A stretch of 64,000 bases of DNA, from assembly GCF_006345805.1 (NCBI RefSeq), contig NC_043010.1:49476001-49540000 (forward strand), written 5' to 3'. Shown here piece after piece: positions 52,693 through 64,000 of the stretch. Source of the DNA: Octopus sinensis. Lineage: Eukaryota. Each line of letters starts with the position of its first letter. The first letter of the stretch is position 1. Both the position numbers and the translations under genes were made by a program. The notes beneath the pieces are model-generated. The model was not told where the DNA came from. It made no database searches and saw only the letters and a program-made list of their open reading frames with translations.

Positions 52693-55340
52693 CCAATGCA
52701 TATGGGTTTGATGTCATGTAGGCCAGTGTTTTCTTCTATAGCTCAGGCCAACCAAGGCTTTGGGAGTGGATTTGATAGACAGAAACTGAAAGAAGCCTAC
52801 CATGTATATATGTGTGTCTGCCTTCTTGTTTTGACATTGTGTAAAGATAGTGTTATTGTCAAGTAAGCAGTTGTCATCCATTTCCAATCTTCCATGAAAA
52901 CATGTCTGTACTTGGAAACAAGGAAGGGCAACTGACTAGAAAATCTGCCTCAATGAATTCTGTCTGACTCATGCAAGCATATTAACCGGATGTTAAAATG
53001 ACGACGATGACACACACGCATTCAACTATGAATGCACTCACACACAGGCATGGCTGTGTGGATCTGAAATGCACTTCACAGTCATAAGATTTCTACCATC
53101 GTGACATCTGTGTAAAGGATGACATCAAATCTGTTCATATTCAAAACCTCCCACCATTGCACTTCTATGCAGCTAGCCATCTATCTCTCTCTCTCTCTCT
53201 CCCCACTCCAAGTCTCATTATTGACATCCATCACTCCCTCTCTCACTACTACACATTCCTTCTATCTTTCTCTCTCAACATCACCCATCTTTATCGCTAT
53301 CTATCACTTATTGTTGACATATATCTCTCACTTCCGGTACCTGTCGTTCTCCATTACGCTCCCTTCCACCAACATACTGTTCACTTAGTCTAATCTCCTT
53401 GCCAACAGTCACTCATTCTTTCTCCATCTTCTATTACTTCCCGTTTGCTATCACTGTTTCTTCCATCATATTCTCTTTCTTCAGTTCATCCCCTCAGCCA
53501 AGCTGCTTTGAATGAATTGACACAATGGAGAACAAAAAGAGAGGTTGTCTTAACAGGCTGCATGACAAAAACTTCTCTACATCTGGTGTCACAATAAAAT
53601 GTACCCACTACACTCAATAAAGTGGCTGCAGTTAGAAAGGGCAGCCAGCCATAGAAACCATGTCAAATATGGAACATATGAGTGAAATGCAGTTCCTGAC
53701 TCATCTAGCAGAGAAAATAACTAAGTAAGAATGTTCCAATATTTAATTAAAAAGTGTGAATAGCATTTACAATCGAATAGAAAACAAATTGCAGGAGCAA
53801 TTGACTCAGCAAAGATCTCGATAGAGTTTAAAAAATAACTTGTGAATTATATAAGGTGAAAATCCCTTGCTAACCTCAATCATTTAAAATGTTTTTCCCT
53901 TCTCATACAACATTTCAAACATGCAATTATATTCGTAACTACCAATCTCACTCTCTCGCTCACACACACACACTTAGATTCAATTATAATTAATAGGATT
54001 ATAAAAATAATCCACAATCTGTTAGCTCATACTTCAAGATGAAAAAAAAAAACCTTTTCACATGTCATTATTTTCATCAAACTTGCACGTTGTTTACTTA
54101 CTAAAGTGTTAGTTACCATAAAATAACTTTTGTACACAATCATCTAATATAAGCCCAAGAAATTCTATTGAATTATTTTCAAATTATCAAAAATCCTATG
54201 TGATTTATAAATGAAGAAAGAAAAGGAATCACATTTCTGAAACAAATCTTAATAACTCATTCTTTTACATGATTACATCTTGTAAGAGAGAATGGAATAT
54301 GGAATTAGAATATGGTTTTGTTCACCATCTAACAGCAAGAAAATACTATAAAAAGCAACATAAAACACTGAATAAATTAGCATAGGATAAAACAACTTAA
54401 ATTTCTTAGCTTCAGTATCCTTACTTGTTTACTATTGAAAACTGAACAATAGATGAAATAATGTAATTGTAGATCAGGATGAGATAAAGCAATTATTTCA
54501 ATAAGAAAACCCCGGTAATTAAAAAAATGCGTGATATATATATATATACCATTACTGGTTTGCTTTTGCTTCAGTCACAGCTAACATGTTTTCAAGACAA
54601 GCAGGACAATAAAATTTAACTATGAAAAAAGTAAATTTAGTAGTTTTCTTCTTTTTCATGCAAATCGTAATTTGACAATGCACAGTTGTAATCTGAGGCA
54701 TATTTTGATACATTTATTTGATCATAACTTTAGCAGTCTGAATCGCTTAAGAAATGTGATAAAGAAACTTTTTGTTGGCAATTTCTAACACATTTCTATA
54801 GCCAGAATCATTGTGATTTTGATTACTGAAAAGCATTGAAAATGCTCTAAAGAGGTACTAAGCTAGTAATTTTGATGGAAGGGGGAGTAGTCCATTACAT
54901 CTTCCCCAATACTTGGCTGGTACTGTATGTTCTAGCACACAACTCAAAATTTTTTCAGACCAAAATTTATATACCAAAATAACTTTGGAGGACCAAAAAT
55001 TTCATGTTGAAATGCAGCAGGATTTGGAAAAACTTAAATGATGTTTGACTGTTAATATTACATTTTTACATTATATATTACATCAACTTGTATACTGGAA
55101 AATTATTTTATTTTAACAACCCTGAAAGAATGAATGGTAAAGTTAACCTCAGCAGGATTTGAACTGAGAACACAAAGAGCTAAAGAAAAAAAATACAAGG
55201 CATTTTTCAGACATACTAACAGTTTTGACAAGTTTCCACTTGAATTTCTTCAAATCATAATAAATGCTAAATGAGTTATATAATTAGAAACACTAGCATA
55301 AATGACTAACTATATTATTGCATAATTTATTTCACACACA

Positions 55341-55597
55341 GAGTTTAAACTCTGCTATGGGTTGACTTGGCCCTTCCTCTCTCTGACAGAAGCCTATTGT
55401 GTGTGTGTTTGTCTACTACCACTGCCTGACAACTGGTGTTGATGTATTTATGACTCCATAACTTAGCAGGTTGGCTAAAGAGAGTGATAGAATAAGTACC
55501 AAGCTTAAAAATAATAATTAGTACAGTCGATTTGTTTGACAAGGCAGTGTCCTAGCATGGACAGCAGTCCAATGACTGAAACAAATAAAAGATACAA
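55341..55597 (+). mobile_element. Long-family SINE, 3' portion, plus strand
   Basis: tgtgtttgtct...gacaactggtgttg...aatgactgaaacaaataaaaga. Confidence 0.7.
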
Positions 55598-56384
55598 GAT
55601 ATATATATTTCTGCAATGCAGCAAGATCTAGCTGAGAGGGATACTACACTTATACCATTCTCTTTTTCTTTTCTTTTACTTTATTCAAAACACTATTATC
55701 AATTTACTTTGTATCACACTTGCAATGAAACAAAATAATTAAAAAGTGTTCCTGCTGAAGGTTACAAACGTAGCATATATGATTACACTTGGGGAACAGT
55801 GTGGTGTACTGTTTATCCCAGTTAGTATGGACGAGTCTATTTCACGATGTCAAAAGACAAAAATCATTTCATCTGCTCTGAACAGTGAATGCTCGTGCTT
55901 GTGCTGAATACAGAAGTACGTTACAAGTAAGGCCTATTTCAAAATTATGCTCAGTGGGAAGCAACAATGATGAAAACATCTGTTGCACAGTATCCTTGAA
56001 AGTTGTGTAACACCTCAGTAGTTCTAATGAAAATACATGAACTGTCATCTCCCAATTATCCAAGACTAAAACTTAGAAGATTACAAGTGTCAAGTGCAGC
56101 AACATAACCTAGAGATTGTCCTTAATAGCACTGAAAATCATGTTCAAGATAACACTAAAATGAGCGACAAAGTTTTAGGGTTTGTCAGGACATGAACTGC
56201 CTAGCTTTAGAGTAACTGGTGTCAAGGGAGCCCTCACCAACTGAGGTTTAATATCATCTCTGTCATGATATTAATTCTTTCACTCAATTTATGGCTGAAG
56301 GTGACCCTAAGCTACTCAATGATCAAAAAAGAAACCTGAACATAATCCATGACCATGTGTGTGTGTGGGGGGGGGGGGCTAAAT

Positions 56385-57345
56385 ATTTTTTCTTGAGACA
56401 TCTGGAGGGACAAAAAAGCAAAACAAAAAATACTGATACAACTACTACTAGCTGAAGTAAGGCAACATGGGAAAATTGCTGTAGTGGTTGCATGTTCAGG
56501 TACTGCACCCCATCTACTGCCAAGAGACAAAGAGCTTACAGTGTATTTGAATTACCATTGATCTACACCAATAATGATACTGCAATCTGAGACAACTGCA
56601 CAGAAACAGGAGCAGTAAAAGTATTAAAACAGTATTTGATGATAATTTGCAATGAACACAGAATGTCCTATAATGGTGATTCTGAGTTTCTGGTTTGAAC
56701 TTTTAGGGATATCAAGTGAACAAATTTTCCTTTCAGTATTGTAACAGTAATCTTAGCAGGAGACTTTCATCAACCACTTTCAGTAATTCAAACGTATTAC
56801 AAAGGTAATACCTGAATTAAATCAGAAGCTGCTTGAAATCACATTTTTAGTGAGTGGCATGCTAAGAAACAAACTGGAAACTGAATAGATAAGTTATGAG
56901 AGTTTAACCTATTCAGTAGTTGTGTGGAGATGATTTGGCCTACAAATAGACAGCGTTTTTAAATCCCAAAGAAACTGAACAACCCCAGTGGTTTCTCAGC
57001 AGCCTGGACTACTTGGTGTACCACATCGCAAACATACTGAAAAAGGATCTCCAATTATTCTTTTCGGTTTGTGCAACAGCAGAAAACTGGTAGTTAACCA
57101 ACTAATGTCACATCTCATCAAAACTGATAAAGCATTGAGAATGTCTTTATCCCAAGAATTCCAATCATTCCTCGTAACATCCTTCCTTTTGAGTTTAAAA
57201 AGATGTGCTTCCCAGTTCAATATATATTTTGCCATATGCATCAATAAATCCCAGGGGCAAATATTAAAGCTAGCTGGATTGCAGCTGGAGGATCCTAGCT
57301 TCTCCCTTGGTTAATTGTATGGCACTACATCATATGTCAGAATAG
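56385..57345 (+). pseudogene. Helitron RepHel PIF1-type helicase fragment
   Basis: FFLETSGGTK (degenerate Walker A), LLLAEVRQHGKIAVVVACSG, VILAGDFHQ, PGLLGVPH, PRIPII and FAICINKSQGQILKLAGLQLEDPSFSLG*LY. Frameshifted and internally deleted. Confidence 0.88.
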
Positions 57346-59033
57346 AAAAAAGTGACTTGATTGTGTATGAGTAAGAGCACTACAATTGAGTAAGAACACT
57401 ACAACTGAAAATGTAACCAACAAAACATAGACTATGATTATTTACCACTTTACCACAAAAAAAAAGGTCATTTCATCTAACAAAAAAAAAAAAAAAAGAA
57501 AAACAAGTTACAGGACATAGTTATTTATAGTAGTTGTACCATTTATAAAGTGGTCACTAAGAAGAACGTTTTAAAAATAAATGCTAAGCTAAAGTGAAAA
57601 CAAAGCTAACAATGTTATGAAAGTATCAGAGCAATAAGTGACCTACCATCATAAATATAAGAGGCTTTATAGACTTTCAACAAACACTAACAGAATTGTA
57701 TGAATCAGTTAAATTAGCTGCTACTATGATTACCTTAAATGTCCTCTTATGCTGAATCTAAATCATTAACAAAAATACCAAACTGTATTTCCTTGTGCTT
57801 GCAAAAACATAATTTTAAGAAATGTAAACATAGAATAAAAGAGGGCAGAAAAAAACCACACACACACACTGTATGTGTGTGTGTGTGTGTGTGCATGTTT
57901 TTTTTGTTTTTTTTTTTATCTTTTAAACACTAGGTTGAACTCCACTGAATGTAAGAATGGAAGTGAAGGAAAAAGATTGAAAAGGAGTGCCTGTCGAGAG
58001 CTGTTGGTAATTCAGGGAAGGTAATAAGTAGAGGAAAAGTATGAGAATTAACAAGACAGATTAATATAAAATTAGGAAGATGTAACACAGGAAATCCACA
58101 GCTGCTGAATGCCAACATGAAAACCTGCAAGCCTAAAGAATTGGACTGAATCATAGCACTTAGTGCCATTCTAAAACACAATCTGCCCAGGAGGCCAGTT
58201 TGATGACTCAGAATTGATAAACTACCTTAAAAAGGGATTTGATAAAGTTGAGTCATTGAAAAAAAAAGTGTGCACAGGAAGGATCATGATTTTAGGAATG
58301 TTGAGATTTGAAAGTCTAAATGCTTAATAAGCATGTGGTTGGATATATTGAATCATGTAATACAAAACAAGATTAATTTCAATGTTTTCCACAGAAATAT
58401 GAACAAGACCAAAAGCAGAGTTCTTTCATAGCACATCTGAAGATATTGCTAGCAACTGTCAGTAAAAAACAAAAACCAAAATATTAATTCTGCAGCAGAA
58501 TTACTATACCAAGAGCTACATGTCAAGTGTAAACTGAAGAAATTGATTAGAACTGTTGGACAGAAAATCTCTTTACTTGAAAAAACCATCTGTCTTACTT
58601 GTGCTATCGTGGTAAGATCAATGAAAAAAAAAAGTTTTCATTAAAGATGGATGATAAATGGAGAAAAATGATAAATTTCTAAAACAATGAAAGTAATGCT
58701 CACTTTTAGGAGACAAGTTACAAGCTTGTGTACTAAATTCAAACAGTAGAACAAAGTTATTTTATGTTTCCAATATTAATTTATTAAAAAAGGTGATGAG
58801 CTGGCAGAGTCGTTAGCATGTGGCCAAAATGCTCAGTTCTATTCTAAACTTAAATTTTGCATACATTTTAAGGAAAAAAAAAAAGCTGAGTAAAGTTAAA
58901 ATGCTTAAAAGGTCTTACAAATTTTGGAAATTATTTAATTGCAAATATTCATTAGTAAAGAATGAACATAAATAGATTCCAAAGCAAAAAATACTTTTCA
59001 TATAAAAATGTTCCAAAAGTTAGTGCTATAGAC

Positions 59034-59271
59034 TAGTGGTTCCCTAAATGGGCAGTATTACCCTTCTGTGTGTGTATGTGGGGGGTGTCTTGAAGAAAAG
59101 TGGGGGTGATAATGAAGTGGCTAAAAGGGGACGATGATTGTAAAAACAAAATAATGGGTTAATTAAGTTTTATTTGTTGTAGAAAGTGGTCTGTATTTGT
59201 GGTTGGGGCTCCAGGAATGTGGTCTGGGTACCAAAGGGGGATGGCAGCCCAAAAAAGTTTGGGAACCACTG
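59034..59271. mobile_element. hAT (Charlie-like) MITE
   Basis: Termini tagtggttccctaaa ... gtttgggaaccactg; TSD ctatagac / ctatagat. Confidence 0.8.
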
Positions 59272-59757
59272 CTATAGATCATGAAAACTAAATACTTAGT
59301 AAAAAAACAGTAAATATATTTAAGTAATTCATGACTTTTTTTAAAAAAGTGAAAAAGAAAACATGGATAATATAAAATGCCCTTCCTAATGTCAACCACT
59401 TTACAGAGTGTACTGAGTGCTTTTTAAGGTGCATCAGCATGAATGCTTTTTACATGGCACCAACATTATAATTTTACTTAGATTTTCCTATTGATAATAA
59501 ATCAACTGACACCTCTTACTTTTAATGAATTCACATTCTGGCATTGAAGAGATTAAAAAATTCTTTGTTCAAATGTAGGCTTAAGTATATTTAAAGGAAG
59601 ATCTGGCTATTGCTATTGAAGAAAGGTTGCACAAGGGAATCCAAAGTTCCAGTCTTCCATGATATTATAGTACTTTTAATTAAAACTACTAATAGATATT
59701 TTTGAAGCAACAAACAGAGCAAGCAGTAAAATTGTCATTTATTTCTATAATACAAGT

Positions 59758-59818
59758 TAGGGGTATGATTCTCGCTTTGAGTGCGAGAGGTCCCGGGTTT
59801 GAATCCCTGACGAGCCCA
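59758..59818 (+). pseudogene. 5'-truncated tRNA-Pro pseudogene, anticodon changed from TGG to TGA
   Basis: TAGGGGTATGATTCTCGCTTTGAGTGCGAGAGGTCCCGGGTTTGAATCCCTGACGAGCCCA matches the 3' ~60 nt of eukaryotic tRNA-Pro. The 5' acceptor strand and the start of the A box are missing. Confidence 0.85.
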
Positions 59819-62800
59819 TAAAATTTGATTGCTTTTCTAGCCCCTTGTGGGTAATAAAAAAACAAATACAAGTTATTGCAAAACTAAGGAGTGATCAACT
59901 ATAACTGCTAAGCTAAGAGAATTTAGGTTATCACAATATTAGTTTTGACACCCGAAATTTGTCCTGGTGTTTTCAATTCCTTAGAGGATGGACAAGCACT
60001 TGGAAAAAAAAAACATTCATGAAATATTAGCAAGGTTTAATGAATATTAGCAAAAAGAGTGTTTAATAGAAACATTAGATTTTGAGCATATTCCTGTAAT
60101 TACTAAAAAGGAAAGAAAACAACTAGTCATTATGACTGAAATATTGTTGTCATAAAAATAATTTGTTGAAAGAAAACAATAATCTATGATAAAATATAAA
60201 TACTAAGAGCATTTTTTTTTTTGACATTACACATTGTAATTCATTGGAAATATATTGTAACTCTCCCTCTGTTGAATGTAAAGAAAATCTACTAAAATAT
60301 CACCTTTGCAAGAAATTTACAAAATCATCTTCACAAGAAAAATAGGAAAATCAGTTTTCCTAAGCTGATGTCAAAAGAATCAAATAATTATAATTAAAAA
60401 CCTATTTAATTGACCCCAACATTAAATGTTTGGGAATGATTATATTCTATAAACATTTTAGGTATCTACTCTGTCTAATCTGGAAGTTTCTGACAATAAA
60501 ATGTAAAAAAATGTTCATATTAAAAGAACAGTAGAGGTGAAAAATCAATACAAGCAATTTCTTTTTTCAGCCCTCTTCATTAACCATAGAGTTCAATGTA
60601 TCTGTATTAATGAGTTCCCAATCGCCTCATGTGAGAATAATATACTTTTATTTGGTTAGATAAAGTTAATAGGATGATCAGTGTCACAATCCAAAACGCT
60701 GACATTATTTTATTTCAGTCTCATTATCTCCTACCAAACTATGTATATATGATATCTTCCATCTTCTCTCTTGCTGTCATTGGTTAGACAGGTCTACTAG
60801 CCAGCTCTCTTTAAATGACAGCCATCATGTATACACATAAACACCACCGTTACTGTTCAACCTAGTCACAAGACACAAATCTTTTTCATTGCAGTGGATG
60901 TCATTATATTATATTGATTTTGACCAGATTGAGCAGAGGATTTAGATGGAAGTAGTCTTCCATGTGTCAATCTTACTGAAGTGCTACAAGGACTGTTATA
61001 ACAAATCCAAAGACTTCTTTCTCTTAGTTGAACAGGAAATCAATTGTTGTAATTTAATTTTCTTAATACACTTAAGATCAACATTCCATTAATATGTCTA
61101 CAACACAGGACATCATTAATAATTTAAAATATTAAAGCTTAAGCTGTAATATTCAGACCAAAATAAAAAAAGATTACTAATTTTAGACAACTAATGATAA
61201 CAAAACTTTAAAAAAAAAAAATTGTATTGCAAAATTCAAAAGCAACAGAATCAAAACATTTCATGTTATCAAGTATAGAAGAGTACAACCATGCATACTA
61301 ATAATTATAGACTTATAAATATTCTCTTTCTTGAAGCTTTATCTTATTTTAAGAGGGAATGAATGATAGTGGTGTACATGAAACTGATGATTAGATTTCA
61401 ACTGATTTGATTTTTTTTTTCTAGATAATATTATTCAGTAAATAAATATTGGTATGATATAAAAAATTTAAATAGAGTAGAAATTCCTTCCTTCAGAAAC
61501 GTTGCTATGGCAGTTCTCAAGAATCTGAATATACCACGCCATATTTTAACTACTTGTTATGCCTGAAGATCTCCATAAAATCTAAAACACTCATTTAAAA
61601 TTTCAGACAGAAATCTAATGAAGAATATCTGCCTGAGAGATGCTTTCAAATCAAAGTGATTTTTGGAATAAATTTACTTCACGTCAATGAAATAAACATG
61701 TAGAAGAAAAATTGTCGATACAACCGAGATCACACCATCCTTGTTGAGAATAATGTAATGTACAGTGCACACCTTCAACTTTAATTAACAACAACAACAA
61801 AACTATCAATACTACTACCACTAGTAATAATAATAAATAACAATTTACAATTTTTCTAATTATATCCAATAACTTAAAATATTGCAATAAAATAATAGAA
61901 ACAATATTCTTGTATGAAATTTAGGAAAATCACCAAACATTTTTTCTTTCTGATTTCTCTCTTTAAAAAGTATATTAAATGGAATGCAAGCAATATTTTG
62001 AGTATTTGCAAGTTCTCGTGATATTAAATACAAACTTTCTCCCTTGCACCCTTTTCATATTTTTTGGCCTTGATATTCTTAAGATAAAACAAGTTTTGTA
62101 GTAAAATTTTATCTATATACAAAACACTAATCACTGCTATATTGCTTGATCTTCAAAATCTAAATCATAATATTTCTTCCATTCTTGATATATCATGCAT
62201 TTAAAGTGAAGAAAAAAAGAAAGGCTTTGAAAGCTACAATGATTATATTGCATCTGAACATGAAAATAAACATCTTCATTTTTCACCTCCTACATAAAAT
62301 GTATTGTTGAACAATTTTATTCTACTAGAAACTACATAAATGTAGGCAACTCTGACTGAAACACATTTTTGCTCAACAAAACCAGTAAGTCAAGATTTAT
62401 TAAACACTGTCAAGTATATTTAGATTTTCTAGACAATTCTTAAGAATTTTTGCAATCTCAATAGCATTTTTATGAAGTGTCACTAGACAATGAATTTTGT
62501 GGGCAGTATACTACACCATTGTAGGAAAATATAAATAAAAGATGATATTCCACCCCTAAAAACAAGAAAGCCATGATTAAAAACAAGCTAAAGCTAAGTA
62601 AAACAGTGCAAGAGAATTAATGAATAGCAATTATAAGATTGTTGTATGTATGAAAGGACAGATTACTGCTGAACATTTCTGACTTAACTATATGTGTTCT
62701 ATGTGAATAGCATTCCAATATCATTAAGTTATATTTTCATCTTCTATGCTTTGCTGGTCTAATAAGATCAAAACTTATCCAAAGTTTCTATAGACTAGAT

Positions 62801-62984
62801 GCAAATATTACTCCTCATCTTAATGCTTCTTTCCCCTCACTACATGCACAATTCTAATCTTAACCGAGATTTCAGAGTTATTGTCCCTATCTATTTCGAT
62901 CAGATTTAAACACTGATGTAATATTTTCCCCTCCTCATTGCAGAGGAAACCAGATTAACTAAAACTTTCGATTTGTACACTACA

Positions 62985-63213
62985 CTAACACTTTAGTATT
63001 TAAACCAGCCATATCTGGTCAAAATATTCTATCTGTTTTATGTTCAAACTGGCCAGATTTGGCCTCTCACACTAACCTTACAATGTCATTCCAAAAATAA
63101 GCAATCACATCATCGAAATGTCAAAGCTATGAGATAACGCATGATTAATTCAAAACAATGTGAAAAAATTAAGCATTACATTTAACAGAGTAATCAAATT
63201 GCTAAAGGGTTAA
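62985..63213 (+). mobile_element. TTAA MITE copy 11
   Basis: Forward body; ends gctaaagggttaa. Confidence 0.85.
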
Positions 63214-63451
63214 TTATGTTAACAGTAACTTAGCTATATCAAAGTTAAAAACTTGCAATTGATATTAACTATTTTCACTACATTCTAAAAGTTTAGCACC
63301 AGCCTCAGTCTAAACTGAAAATAAAAAGCACCCCCAACTCATGATTCATGGGAAATTTAAAAGAAAAAAATATAAGCCAGATCAAATACTTAAACCAACA
63401 ATAAATACAAAAGTCTATTTTTGCTCAGCCACCTCAATCATTATATCTTTT

Positions 63452-63815
63452 ATCTTTTATTTGTTTGTCATTAGACTCTAGCCATACTAAGGCACTGCCT
63501 TCAAGAATTTTTAGCCAAATGAATCGACTCCAGTACTTATTTTAAGTCTGATACATATTCTATTGATCATTTTTGCCAAATTGCTAAGTTATGGGGGATG
63601 TAAATAAACCAATACCAGTTGTCAAGTGGCAGTGGGGGACCAACTCAAAGACACAAACACAGACATATACAAACAGCTTCCTTCTACTAAATTCATTCAC
63701 AAGGCATTGGTCAATCCAGAGCAATAGCAAAAGACATTTGCTGAAGATGTTAGAAAGTGAGGCTAAACCCAAAACCACATGGTCATAAAGTGAGCTTCTT
63801 TAACCACACAGCTAT
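63452..63815 (-). mobile_element. Long-family SINE, decayed copy
   Basis: Colinear with the 30950-31341 copy. Confidence 0.75.
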
Positions 63816-64000
63816 GCCTACATTTGAGCAAAATACTAGAATGATAGCACAAAGATTTGATATGAATGAATTTAATATCAAAACATTTCTAGAAAATATA
63901 TACACTAATTACCTTCAAAACAACAAAAATTTGAACCTCAAAACCCGACTTGTACTTGTATTTATAAGTAGTGCCCTAAAGTGGTTCAATTGAATATCAA

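Noticed and set aside
50944-53393. ORFs in purine- or pyrimidine-rich tracts (50944-51198, 53119-53393)
   Set aside because: They are low-complexity retroposon-associated sequence.
55869-56063. 64-aa ORF behind a ttttag acceptor
   Set aside because: No donor and no recognisable motif. It sits next to Helitron debris and is probably repeat-derived.
1-64000. CRISPR array, operon or other prokaryotic system
   Set aside because: No regularly spaced repeat-spacer units and no dense ORFs. Spliceosomal exons, SINEs and microsatellites indicate animal DNA.

Overview
AT-rich animal genomic DNA. The repeat families look like those of an octopus (inference from recalled repeat sequences, not a database search). 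The window is almost entirely intronic sequence of a minus-strand REEP1-4-type gene (TB2/DP1/HVA22 family, ER-shaping). Two conserved coding exons are clear: 35353-35277 ([26 protein letters not shown]) and 5954-5834 ([40 protein letters not shown]), separated by a 29.3-kb intron. I did not find the canonical first two exons or the next downstream exon, so they probably lie outside the window. Upstream of the 77-nt exon, three exon-like segments with GT-AG sites (48234-48101, 44107-44079, 40107-40055) splice in frame with no stop into the conserved core. They would give a non-canonical 72-aa N-terminus, and this is the most interesting signal here. The introns are packed with transposon remains: a Penelope-like retroelement interrupted by a Chapaev3 element, a full-length decayed SPIN/Charlie-type hAT element with a perfect 8-bp TSD, Helitron fragments, mariner and hAT MITEs, 11 copies of a TTAA-flanked MITE (several as inverted pairs), tRNA-derived SINEs, a decayed hammerhead motif and a truncated tRNA-Pro copy. 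There is no prokaryotic system or CRISPR array, and most ORFs in the supplied track look spurious.
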